From an uncultured Gemmatimonadaceae bacterium (GTDB lineage Bacteria; Gemmatimonadota; Gemmatimonadetes; Gemmatimonadales; GWC2-71-9), in assembly GCA_964613905.1 (NCBI GenBank), contig CAZTIV010000008.1:548-60193 (forward strand): 59,646 nucleotides of DNA, given 5' to 3'. The notes below the pieces were generated by a model. It was given only the letters and a program-made list of their open reading frames with translations, did no database searches and was not told where the DNA came from. Of the stretch, positions 45,186 through 54,470 are shown piece after piece. The stretch's first letter is position 1, and each line of letters opens with the position of its first letter. The translations under genes and the position numbers were made by a program.

Positions 45186-46370
45186 TCAGAAGACCTCGAC
45201 GATTACCGCGGCACCCTGCCCGCCGCCGATACAGGCTGATCCCAGGGCGTAGCGCTTCTTCATCCGCTTCAGCGCGTGCAGCAGGTGAATTGTGATCCGC
45301 GTGCCGCTCGCCGCAAGCGGATGCCCGATGGCAATGGCGCCTCCGTGCACGTTGGTCTTCTCGCGGTCCAGGCCAAGCTCCCTCTCCACTGCCACGTACT
45401 GCGGCGAGAAAGCTTCGTTCACTTCCACCAGATCCATCTGCTCGAGCTTGAGCCCCGCCTTTGCCAGCGCCTTGCGGGCTGCCGGTGCCGGACCAATGCC
45501 CATGTACTTTGGCTCCACGCCAGCGATACCCCATGCCACGATCCGGCCCAGCGGCTCGAGTTTGTGTTCCTTCGCGAACGCCTCGCTCGCAATCACGGTT
45601 GCCGCAGCACCGTCGCAGATACCCGATGCGTTCCCGGCGGTGACGAATCCATCCTTCTTGAAGTACGGCGACAGGGCAAGCAGTCCCTCGAGTGTAGTCT
45701 CGGGCCGCATGTGTTCGTCGGCGCCCCAGTCTACAGTGGACCTGGTTTTCCGGTCCTTGATCGGGACCGGCACCACTTCCGCGTCAAACACGTGGTCGTC
45801 CCAGGCCTTCTTCGCGCGCTGCTGACTGCTCAGTGCGTATTCGTCCACTTCCCGTCTCGTGAGCTGGTACTTGTCGGCCAGGTTCTCCGCGGTCTCTGCC
45901 ATGGAGAAGCCGCACTGCGGATCCTTGAGGGCCTCCCACAGAGTGTCCTCAAGCTGGGCCCCCGGCCCCAGCCTCAGCCCCCAGCGCGCCCCGCGTACCA
46001 CGTGCGGAGCCTGGCTCATGGATTCCGCCCCGCCCGCCAGCACCACCTGTGACTCGCCCAGCATGATCTGCTGAGCGCCCTGAATGATGGACTCGAATCC
46101 GGATCCGCAGAGTCGGTTCACCGTAACCGCCGGAACCTCGATGGGCAGACCGGCCCTGAGTCCCACGTGCCGGGCCAGGTAGATGGCGTCCGCCGAAGTC
46201 TGCTGGGCATTTCCGAACACCACATGGTCCACTTGCCCGGGCTTCACCCCGGAGCGTTCCACCGCGTGCCGGGCCGCAATGGCCCCCAGGTCGGTGGCGG
46301 AGAAGTCCTTGAGCGCGCCGCCAAACTTGCCGAAACCGGTGCGCACGCCAGAGAGAAAGACGACGTTCAT
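45186..46370 (-). CDS. Acetyl-CoA C-acyltransferase (thiolase)
   Basis: NRLCGSG, AGGAESMS, TAGNASGICDGAAA, NEAF, GHPLAASG, SACIGGGQG. Confidence 0.95.
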   Translation of the reverse strand: MNVVFLSGVRTGFGKFGGALKDFSATDLGAIAARHAVERSGVKPGQVDHVVFGNAQQTSADAIYLARHVGLRAGLPIEVPAVTVNRLCGSGFESIIQGAQQIMLGESQVVLAGGAESMSQAPHVVRGARWGLRLGPGAQLEDTLWEALKDPQCGFSMAETAENLADKYQLTRREVDEYALSSQQRAKKAWDDHVFDAEVVPVPIKDRKTRSTVDWGADEHMRPETTLEGLLALSPYFKKDGFVTAGNASGICDGAAATVIASEAFAKEHKLEPLGRIVAWGIAGVEPKYMGIGPAPAARKALAKAGLKLEQMDLVEVNEAFSPQYVAVERELGLDREKTNVHGGAIAIGHPLAASGTRITIHLLHALKRMKKRYALGSACIGGGQGAAVIVEVF

Positions 46371-46475
46371 GTATGCAGGTCTCCAACAATCCGTAAAGGT
46401 GGAGTAAGTTCCACTAATGTAAAGGAAGGGTAGCCTCCGGGCAGGGGTCCCAACGGGGCCACCCGCGTATGCGTA

Positions 46476-47552
46476 ATGTCAAATGTGACCAGTACTTTGA
46501 GCCGGGCCGTGGTGGCCTCCGCGCTCGCGGCCGGGCTTGTTGGGTGCTCCGGCGGCGGCGATGCCCCCGCCCAGACGAATGGTGGCTCTCCCCAGAGAGT
46601 GCTTTCGGTGGCGGCGAGATCCGCAGAGGTGCGGGATCTGGCCCGGTCGGTGACCGTAACCGGGGCTGTGGAGCCGCTCAGAACAATCGGGGTTACCAGC
46701 CAGGCAAGCGGCAGCCTGCTGTCGGTGCGTGTGGAGGAGGGTGACCGCGTGTCGACCGGCCAGGTGCTGGCCGAACTGGATGCCCGTGAAACAAGGGCCC
46801 AGCTGGAGCGGGCGCAGGCGGTGCTGGTCAACGCCCGAGCAGCGTATGAACGAGCCGAAGCTCTCAGGGTCAGCGAGATCATCACCGCGGCCGAATTCGA
46901 GCAGGCCCGCGCACAGTTCACCGTGGCGCAGAGTGACGTGGAGCTCTGGCGCACCAGGCTCGGTTTCACCCGGATATCAGCTCCTGCTCCCGGAATCGTA
47001 ACCGCCAAGCTGGTTGAGGCCGGCAGCGCCGTATCCCCCAATCAACGCCTCTTCGACCTGGCGGATGACTCGATTCTGGTGGTACGGGTACAGGTTTCGG
47101 AGCTTGACGTGGTCCATCTGACACCCGGCACCGATGTGACGGTGCTGCTGGATGCATATCCGAACCTGCGTTTGACCGGCGCCGTGAGACGCATCTTCCC
47201 GTCGGCCGATCCGCAGAGCCGGCTCGTACCGGTGGAAGTGGCGTTGGAAGACCGACCAGGCGGCGTGGACGTGCGTCCCGGGTTTCTGGCTCGGGTGACG
47301 TTCCCGCTGGATCAGAGGGTCGGCGCGCTGGTGGTGCCTCAGGGAGCCATCGGGGTGACCGACGGCGCCCCGTTCGTGTTCCTGGTTGAAGCCGATACGC
47401 TGGTGATGAGGCGGGTGGGGCTCGGGCTCAGCGTCGAGGGGTGGGTGGAAGTGACACAGGGGCTGATCAACGGAGAGCGGGTTGTGATGTCCGGTCACAC
47501 CAACCTGCGGCCCGGGATGCTCGTCCGCGCCGTTGACGGGAGGTCGCCGTGA
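46476..47552 (+). CDS. RND efflux periplasmic adaptor (MFP), lipoprotein
   Basis: Lipobox LVGC, VEEGDRV..GQVLAELD, ISAPAPG, VEVTQGL. Confidence 0.92.
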   Translation: MSNVTSTLSRAVVASALAAGLVGCSGGGDAPAQTNGGSPQRVLSVAARSAEVRDLARSVTVTGAVEPLRTIGVTSQASGSLLSVRVEEGDRVSTGQVLAELDARETRAQLERAQAVLVNARAAYERAEALRVSEIITAAEFEQARAQFTVAQSDVELWRTRLGFTRISAPAPGIVTAKLVEAGSAVSPNQRLFDLADDSILVVRVQVSELDVVHLTPGTDVTVLLDAYPNLRLTGAVRRIFPSADPQSRLVPVEVALEDRPGGVDVRPGFLARVTFPLDQRVGALVVPQGAIGVTDGAPFVFLVEADTLVMRRVGLGLSVEGWVEVTQGLINGERVVMSGHTNLRPGMLVRAVDGRSP

Positions 47553-50500
47553 GCGCCGCACGGCGGAACCTGCCCAGTCTTGCGATCAGGCGGCCCATAG
47601 GTACGCTGGCGCTCGCATCGGTAGTAGTGGTGGTGGGCCTGTTCTCGCTGAGCCGCCTTCCGCTCGATCTGCTCCCCCAGATCATCTACCCGCAGGTCCG
47701 CGCCAATGTGAACTACCCAGGCGTGGCTCCGGAGGTGATGGAGGAACAGGTCACGCGGATCCTGGAAACCGCGCTCGCGCCCACGGAGAACGTGATTCGT
47801 CTGGAGAGCGAGACCAGCGAAGGGCGCGCGGCGGTCAACCTGCACTTCCGCTACGGTACCGACGTCAACTTCGCGCTGCAGGACGCTTCCAAGAATCTGG
47901 ATCGGGCGCGTGCCCAGTTGCCGCGCGACATCGACCCGCCCACGATCTTCAAGTTCGATCCCTCGCAGATCCCGGTGTTCGAGGCGGGGTTCAGTTCAAG
48001 CGCGCGTAGCCTGGTGGATCTCCGGAACTGGGTGGATCTGAGGCTCAGGCCGCAGTTGCTCACCATAGAGGGCGTGGCGTCGGTGGACATCGCCGGGGGT
48101 CTCGTGCGCGAGATCCACGTGACGCTGGATCAGGAACGCCTCGGTTCATACGGCCTCACCGTCTCGGGCGTGCTTGCCACGCTGCGGGACGAGAACCTGG
48201 ACGTGGCGGCGGGTAACGTCTCGTCGCCCGAGTTCGAGATCATCGGCAAGACCGAAGGCAAGTTCCGCACGGTGGACGACATCCGCGCCGTGCTGCTCCC
48301 GGTGCCCGGGATCCAGCGGCGCATTCCGCTCTCCGAGATAGCGACCATCGAGGATACCCATCGCGATCAGCGCATTTTCTCGCGGCTTGACGGCGTGCCC
48401 GCGGTCAAGATCGCCGTCCGGAAGCAGCCGGATGCCAACACCGTGCGGGTGGCTGGTGAGCTGGGTCGGCGGCTCGAGCAGCTTGCCGAGGCACGGTTCA
48501 TTCCGGATGACATCGAGTACCAGATCATCGCCGATCAGTCGTTCTTCATCCGCAACTCGGTGGCCGGGGTGCGCAACGCGGCGCTGGTGGGCGCGTCGCT
48601 CGCGATGATCATCGTGCTCCTCTTCCTCGGGAGCCTCCGGAAGACGTTCATCATCGGGCTTGCCATTCCTATCGCTGTGCTCGCGGCGTTCCTGATGATG
48701 GGGCTCGGGAATCTCACGCTCAACATCATGAGTCTCGGAGGACTGGCGCTGGGTGTCGGGATGCTGGTGGACAACTCCATCGTGATGCTGGAAAACATCT
48801 TCCGACACCGGGCCAGGGGTACGAAAGACCCCGAGGAAGCGGCGCACGCCGGTTCCGCTGAAGTGACGTCGGCGGTGATTGCCTCCACCATGACGAGCCT
48901 TGCGGCGGTGGTGCCGTTCCTGCTCATCACCGGCCTTGCCGCGCTGATCTTCAAGGAACTGGTGCTGACAATCGCGTTCGCCATCGCCGCCTCGCTTGGA
49001 GCGGCGCTGACGCTGGTACCGATGCTCGCGGCGCAGCTGGCCAAGGTGCGGTTCGAGAGCGGGCTCGACCGGTCGCTTCCCATCAGATTGATGGGGAGGG
49101 GTATCGAGAACCTGACCGGTTGGTACCGTAGCGTTGCCGAGCGTGCGGTGAAACGGCGCGCGATCGTGGTGACAGCCGCGTTTGCGCTGCTCGGTGGAGT
49201 ATGGTTCCTGACCCGCGGACTACCGGACGAATTCCTCCCGGCTGTGGACGACGGAAACCTGAGCGTCAACATCCGGATGCCTGCAGGCACGTCGCCCGAG
49301 CGCACCAACGACCTGACGCTCGAGATGGAAGAACTGGTGCGCACCATGCCTTACGTGCGGCACATCTTTGCCACCGCGGGTGGATTCATGTGGGGCGCAT
49401 CCACCGTCCAGCGCACCGGCCGTGGATCGGTGGACGTGATACTGGTGCCAAGACGTCAGCGACCGGACATGCCGGCCGGCGTTTGGGTGGCGGCACTGCA
49501 GGAGAAGATCGACTCCGTGGGAGTTCCGGGAGCGCGCATATTCGTACGGCCGCCGCGCATACGCGGGCTCAGGACGAGTGCCGCCGGCAGCGACGTCGCC
49601 ATCAGTATTCAGGGCGACGATCTGGCCGAGCTTCAGAGGATCTCCGAGGAAGTCATAGCCCGGATCAGGGGCATCCACGGACTCGAGGCCGTTCAGCCGT
49701 CGGCGGAAGAGGCAAGTCCGCAGCTCTCCATTGTAGTTGAACGCGAGCGGGCGGCGCAGCTCGGGCTCAACGTGGCGATGGTGGGTCAGACCGTGCGGAC
49801 TGCGCTCGACGGCGCGGTCCCCACGCGCTTCACGGACGGAGCCTATGAGTACGACATCCGTGTACGGTTGCCCCGAGAGCAGTTCCAGAGCGCCGAGGCA
49901 TTGGGGAACATCGCGCTCTTCCCGGGCCGCGACCGACCCGTGTATCTGCGGGACGTGGCCACCGTCTCGCTCCAGAGCGGCCCCACCAGCATTCTGCGCG
50001 AGAACCAGAACCGGCAGCTCCGCATAACGGGTGACGTGAACGACGCGCTGTCAAACGTCGGGACAGTGAACCGCGAGATCCGCGCAAGGCTCGGGGACCT
50101 GGACCTGCCCGACAATTACGCGTTGATCTACGGTGGTGAAGAGGAGGCCATCAAGGAGAACCAGCGGAACCTGGCCATAGTCATAGCGCTGGCCGTGTTC
50201 CTGGTCTTCGTGGTGATGGCCGTGCAGTACGAGAGTCTGGCCAATCCGCTGGTGATCCTGTTCTCGATCCCGCTGTCGCTCGTGGGTGTGGGGCTGATCC
50301 TCTGGCTGACCGGCACCCCGCTCAGCGCTCCGGTCATGCTGGGTGTGGTGCTGCTTGCCGGAATTGTGGTGAACAACGCCATCGTGCTGGTCGAATACAT
50401 CGAGATCGTACGCCGCGAACAGAATCTGTCGCGGGAGGCTGCCGTGGTGGAGGCCGGAGTGCTGAGGCTGCGTCCGGTGCTCATGACCACGCTCACCACG

Positions 50501-50767
50501 GTGCTCGGGATGTCGCCATTGGCGCTCGGTATTGGCGAGGGTGGAGAGTTGATGCGGCCGCTCGCGATAACCGTGGTAGGCGGGCTCTCGCTGTCGGCCG
50601 TGCTCACGCTGCTCGTTGTGCCGTCGGTATATCTGATCGTAACTGGTGCGGCTGAGCGGATTCAGCGGTTCCTGGTGGGAGGGGTCCCGGAACTCGGGCA
50701 GGAACCGGAGACCTCAGCGGAAGCTCCCGTCCCCGCGGTTGCACGCAACCGGCTGGCTGACGCCTGA
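47549..50767 (+). CDS. RND efflux permease (AcrB/MdtC-like)
   Basis: 1072 aa. AIRRPI, GMLVDNSIV.LENI, GIVVNNAIVLVE, RLRPVLMT. Confidence 0.95.
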   Translation: MSAARRNLPSLAIRRPIGTLALASVVVVVGLFSLSRLPLDLLPQIIYPQVRANVNYPGVAPEVMEEQVTRILETALAPTENVIRLESETSEGRAAVNLHFRYGTDVNFALQDASKNLDRARAQLPRDIDPPTIFKFDPSQIPVFEAGFSSSARSLVDLRNWVDLRLRPQLLTIEGVASVDIAGGLVREIHVTLDQERLGSYGLTVSGVLATLRDENLDVAAGNVSSPEFEIIGKTEGKFRTVDDIRAVLLPVPGIQRRIPLSEIATIEDTHRDQRIFSRLDGVPAVKIAVRKQPDANTVRVAGELGRRLEQLAEARFIPDDIEYQIIADQSFFIRNSVAGVRNAALVGASLAMIIVLLFLGSLRKTFIIGLAIPIAVLAAFLMMGLGNLTLNIMSLGGLALGVGMLVDNSIVMLENIFRHRARGTKDPEEAAHAGSAEVTSAVIASTMTSLAAVVPFLLITGLAALIFKELVLTIAFAIAASLGAALTLVPMLAAQLAKVRFESGLDRSLPIRLMGRGIENLTGWYRSVAERAVKRRAIVVTAAFALLGGVWFLTRGLPDEFLPAVDDGNLSVNIRMPAGTSPERTNDLTLEMEELVRTMPYVRHIFATAGGFMWGASTVQRTGRGSVDVILVPRRQRPDMPAGVWVAALQEKIDSVGVPGARIFVRPPRIRGLRTSAAGSDVAISIQGDDLAELQRISEEVIARIRGIHGLEAVQPSAEEASPQLSIVVERERAAQLGLNVAMVGQTVRTALDGAVPTRFTDGAYEYDIRVRLPREQFQSAEALGNIALFPGRDRPVYLRDVATVSLQSGPTSILRENQNRQLRITGDVNDALSNVGTVNREIRARLGDLDLPDNYALIYGGEEEAIKENQRNLAIVIALAVFLVFVVMAVQYESLANPLVILFSIPLSLVGVGLILWLTGTPLSAPVMLGVVLLAGIVVNNAIVLVEYIEIVRREQNLSREAAVVEAGVLRLRPVLMTTLTTVLGMSPLALGIGEGGELMRPLAITVVGGLSLSAVLTLLVVPSVYLIVTGAAERIQRFLVGGVPELGQEPETSAEAPVPAVARNRLADA

Positions 50768-50832
50768 CGCCTCTAGCTCCGGCTCCCTTTCGCCACGCCA
50801 CTGGCTTGACCACGGAACATCGCGGAGGGGTA

Positions 50833-51600
50833 TCACTCGATAACGAGCGTATCGAGCAGCGGGTCGGCGAGCGGCGGCACCTCCCCCAGCCGCCGCCATA
50901 GAAACTCCGCCCGCGCCATCCGGCCAAGCACGGTCTCCACATAGCGCGCGTAGCCCGGACCCGTGGCACCAGGATGCCAGGTCGCGGGCCGGGGTAACCC
51001 AGCCGCCAGCATCGCCGCCTCCCGTTCGGCGAGATCCCGCGCCGCCTTGCCGAAATACCGCCGCGAAGCCGCCTCCGCCCCGTACACCCCCGGCCCGAAC
51101 TCCGCCACGTTGAGATAGATCTCCAGGATGCGGCGCTTGCCAAGATGCCGCTCGAGCTGTCGCGTGAGGAGCACCTCCTTGACCTTACGCAATGGATTGC
51201 GAGACGGAGACAACCAGAGATTCTTGGCGAGCTGCTGCGTGATGGTGGAGGCACCCCGGGGCGCACGGCGCTCGGCCATCGCCTGCCGCAGAGCCTCCCG
51301 GATCTCGTGCCGCGAAAAGCCGGTGTGCTGGAAAAACTCTAGATCCTCAGCCGCGATGGCGGCGCGCTTCAGGTGCACCGAGATCGCGGACCACGGCACC
51401 CACTGCCATGCCACCCTGCCGTCACCGCCCGCTTCGCGTTGGCGTGACCGATGCGCTTCAATGAATGCAGTGGTGGCGGGAGGTTCCTCGGCGAGTCGCG
51501 CGACGTCGGGCCAGGTGGCGACCTGATGGATCAGAGCGGCAAGCAGGAGCAGCGTGGCCATCGCGGCCCCAAAAACGAGCCCACGCCGGACGCGGTTCAC
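50833..51600 (-). CDS. mtgA: Monofunctional peptidoglycan transglycosylase
   Basis: AAEDLEFFQH, RGASTITQQLAKNL, RKVKE, KRRILEIYLN, YGAEAAS. N-terminal TM; start GTG about 51600. Confidence 0.9.
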   Translation of the reverse strand: MNRVRRGLVFGAAMATLLLLAALIHQVATWPDVARLAEEPPATTAFIEAHRSRQREAGGDGRVAWQWVPWSAISVHLKRAAIAAEDLEFFQHTGFSRHEIREALRQAMAERRAPRGASTITQQLAKNLWLSPSRNPLRKVKEVLLTRQLERHLGKRRILEIYLNVAEFGPGVYGAEAASRRYFGKAARDLAEREAAMLAAGLPRPATWHPGATGPGYARYVETVLGRMARAEFLWRRLGEVPPLADPLLDTLVIE

Positions 51601-51613
51601 GGAGCCCGGCTGT

Positions 51614-52666
51614 TCAGCTGCCGCATGCGACGCGCACCGCCTCACCCACTTCACGTGTCGATGCCTTGCCGCCCAGGTCCGGCGTCCGTATCCCTTCGGC
51701 CAGCACCCGTTCCACCGCGCGCTCCAACGATTCTCCTGCCTGTTCCAACCCGAGTTCCTTGAGCATCAGTGCGCCCGTGAGAATCGCCGCCACCGGGTTG
51801 GCCGTACCCTTCCCTGCGTACTTGGGGGCCGAGCCGTGCACCGGTTCGAACAACCCCGCACGGCCCGGGTGCAGGTTGGCGCTCGGCGCCAGCCCAAGCC
51901 CGCCCACCAGCTCGGCACTAAGGTCGGACAGAATGTCGCCGAACATGTTGTTCGTGACGATCACCTGGAAATGCTCGGGTCGCTTGACCAGCTGCATGGC
52001 CAGCGCATCGATGTAGTAATGCTCCCGCTCGATCCCGGGGAACTCCTCGCCCACTTCGCCGAAGAGCCGCTGCCAGAGATGATGCGCGGGTATGGCGTTC
52101 GACTTGTCAGCCATCGTCACGCGGCGCCTGCCGTGCGCCCCGGCCCACTCGAACGCAGCGCGGATGATGCGAGTCACGCCGCCGGCCGTGTTCACCTCCT
52201 CGGCCACCTGTTCCTCGCGGGTAGTGCCCACGTCCTTTTCGTACCCCCGGGCCAGATACATCCCCTCGGTATTCTCGCGGAAGATCACGAAATCGATTGC
52301 CGGATCGCCCTTGAGCGGGCAGAAATCGGGATGTATCAGCCGGCACGGCCGGAAATTGATGTAGAGATCCAGCCGGAATCGAAGCCCCAGGAGTATGTCG
52401 CGGGCGTGTTCGTTACCGGGAACACGGGGGTCACCCAGGGCGCCCACGTAGATGGCATGCACTCCATCGCGCATCCGCTCGAACGCGGCATCCGGCAGCG
52501 TTTCGCCGGTTGCCAGGTAATGATCCGCCCCGTACGGCATGCGTTCCCAGATGAGTTCCGCACCATGAGACCGCGCCGCAGCTTCGATAGCCGGGATCGC
52601 GGCGTCCACTACCTCCGGCCCGATGCCGTCACCACCGATGGTTGCTATGGTGAAACGTTGCTGCAC
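51614..52666 (-). CDS. Isocitrate/isopropylmalate/tartrate dehydrogenase family decarboxylating dehydrogenase
   Basis: GTG 52666 after GGAGG. GDGIGPEV, RENTEG.Y, DKSN, NMFGDILSD, FEPVHGSAP, ANP.A.I. Confidence 0.92.
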   Translation of the reverse strand: MQQRFTIATIGGDGIGPEVVDAAIPAIEAAARSHGAELIWERMPYGADHYLATGETLPDAAFERMRDGVHAIYVGALGDPRVPGNEHARDILLGLRFRLDLYINFRPCRLIHPDFCPLKGDPAIDFVIFRENTEGMYLARGYEKDVGTTREEQVAEEVNTAGGVTRIIRAAFEWAGAHGRRRVTMADKSNAIPAHHLWQRLFGEVGEEFPGIEREHYYIDALAMQLVKRPEHFQVIVTNNMFGDILSDLSAELVGGLGLAPSANLHPGRAGLFEPVHGSAPKYAGKGTANPVAAILTGALMLKELGLEQAGESLERAVERVLAEGIRTPDLGGKASTREVGEAVRVACGS

Positions 52667-52716
52667 CGTTTTGTCCTCCTGGAATTTGAATCGGCGATAC
52701 CTGCGTCTGTGCTGCC

Positions 52717-53379
52717 CTACCTCCCCTTCCCTCCCGCCGCCTGCCCGCAGACGGCGCAGAACCTCCACGCCGGCTCCAGCTCCCCCCCGCAGGAAACGCA
52801 ACTCAGGCTTCCCACCCGGGCGCCGCAGAACGGGCAGAATGATACCTCCTTCCGCAATGGAAGCGTCCGGCCGCAACTCCGGCACAGTGGCGAATCCGAT
52901 CCGCTCGAGGGACGCGGAGTAGACTCGGCCTCGAGTGCAAAAACGGGTCCCGCCGACGGCGGAGGCGCGGGCCTTTCAACGGGAGCGGGTTGTACGGCGG
53001 GCGGGGGAGCATACTTCTCGTCCCGCGCCAGCGCCTGGCGGACCGCCTCCGCATCCAGCCGCACGTTGGCCTCGGGATAGGCGCGAAACGCCGCAGTTTC
53101 GGGAAACGGCTCGGCCACTGCGGTGGCCAGCGCCTCCTGTACCTCCGCCGGATACACAGCGGCGAATCCACCGTCACCGGCCAGAAACCTGAGTAGCGCC
53201 AGTTCGTAATCCTCGTGAGTGGCGAAACCGAGGCGAGCACGATGCGTGCGGTACGGTATGATCTCCTCATAGATGAGGGGGGCGGGGAAGGCTTCGCCCA
53301 GGGCGTCCGGCCGCACCGCCGCCAGCGCCTCCACCAACACCCGGAAAAGGCGCTCGACATCTCCCACATCATCGCTCAT
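52717..53379 (-). CDS. Hypothetical protein with C-terminal double zinc ribbon
   Basis: ATGA-coupled start at 53379. CRSCG, FCPFCG, CVSCG, FCAVCG. Confidence 0.8.
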   Translation of the reverse strand: MSDDVGDVERLFRVLVEALAAVRPDALGEAFPAPLIYEEIIPYRTHRARLGFATHEDYELALLRFLAGDGGFAAVYPAEVQEALATAVAEPFPETAAFRAYPEANVRLDAEAVRQALARDEKYAPPPAVQPAPVERPAPPPSAGPVFALEAESTPRPSSGSDSPLCRSCGRTLPLRKEVSFCPFCGARVGSLSCVSCGGELEPAWRFCAVCGQAAGGKGR

Positions 53380-53876
53380 CTCTGGAACCCGGCCCACTTG
53401 TCGTAGAGCACAGGGGTCACGCCCGCGGACTGAAGCAACTCTACGCCACTCGGATCCCGATACGCCTGCCTGTAGAACACGTGGGTGACACCGGAGTTGA
53501 TCATGAGCTTGGTGCACATCACACACGGACTGCTTGTCACGAACACGACCTTGTCCTTCATCCCGCCCGGTGCCTTTACGAGCGCATTCATCTCGGAGTG
53601 AATACACCCGCACTGTCCCGGAACCGTGGAGTCGCAGCGATTGGCCAGACCCCGCGCGTTGCCGTTGTATCCGATAGCCACGACGTTCTCGAGCCGCGCG
53701 TCGGTGACGACCGTTCCCACCTGGAGTCGCGCACAGGTAGACCGCTTCGCCAGTTCTTCGGCCATGCGCATGTAGACCTCAAACAGAGGAACACGCTCCC
53801 GCTCGGGCTCGGCTCCGTCGGGGAGCAGATTGAGCGGGTGGTTGTTTGCGGTAACCCCGTCCTTGAACGCGCTCAT
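53376..53876 (-). CDS. dCMP deaminase family (ComEB-like)
   Basis: RSTC.RLQVG, GYNG, IHSEMNA, SPCVMC. Confidence 0.9.
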   Translation of the reverse strand: MSAFKDGVTANNHPLNLLPDGAEPERERVPLFEVYMRMAEELAKRSTCARLQVGTVVTDARLENVVAIGYNGNARGLANRCDSTVPGQCGCIHSEMNALVKAPGGMKDKVVFVTSSPCVMCTKLMINSGVTHVFYRQAYRDPSGVELLQSAGVTPVLYDKWAGFQR

Positions 53877-54469
53877 GACGGAAAATGACGCGCCGCCTCT
53901 TCGCGGAACGCAAGGTCCGGGTCATGGTCCGTGAATTTCCCGCGCGCCCGCTTCTGCTCGAGCCATTCGTCAAATCCGGAGGGTACCGCGGCGCGTGATG
54001 TCTCCTGTGATTCCGCTGCGTGCACGGCCAGGTCGTTGGCGTACTCGTTCTTCACGTGCCCCGCGTGGCCGCGTACCCAGACCCACTTCACTTCGTGTCC
54101 CTCCACCACTTGCACCAGCGCCTGCCAGAGCGCCAGGTTCTCGATGGCTCCCCCCTTGCGGCGCCAGCCGCGCGCGCGCCAGTTGGGCACCCATTCCGAC
54201 ATCCCCTTCACCAGATACTCGGAATCTGACACATACGCCACCCGGAATCTCCCCTCCTGCGAGAGCAGGGCAAACGTGGCAATGGCGCCCGATAGTGCCA
54301 TTCTGTTGTTGGTGGTGTCCGGGGACGCGAGGAACAGATCGCGTCGTGTGATCAGCCCCTGATCGGCCTGTTCGATGAGCGATCCGGCGCCCCCGGGATT
54401 CCGTCCCTCGCGCCCGTTGCCGAGACAACTCTCGTCGGCGTGAACCAGCACCACCGGGCGTTCTCGCAC
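53873..54469 (-). CDS. rnhA: Ribonuclease HI (atypical active site)
   Basis: ADESCLGN, TTNNRMAL, SDSEYLVKGM..W, N..LWQAL, WVRGHAGH..NE. Confidence 0.88.
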   Translation of the reverse strand: MRERPVVLVHADESCLGNGREGRNPGGAGSLIEQADQGLITRRDLFLASPDTTNNRMALSGAIATFALLSQEGRFRVAYVSDSEYLVKGMSEWVPNWRARGWRRKGGAIENLALWQALVQVVEGHEVKWVWVRGHAGHVKNEYANDLAVHAAESQETSRAAVPSGFDEWLEQKRARGKFTDHDPDLAFREEAARHFPS

Positions 54470-54470
54470 G

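Noticed and set aside
46393-46423. GTAAA repeats between the thiolase and RND genes as a CpxR-like box
   Set aside because: Spacing is irregular (11 then 15 bp) and there is no supporting geometry.
51614-52666. Assigning leuB
   Set aside because: The family is clear but the substrate is not, and there is no leuA/leuCD context.
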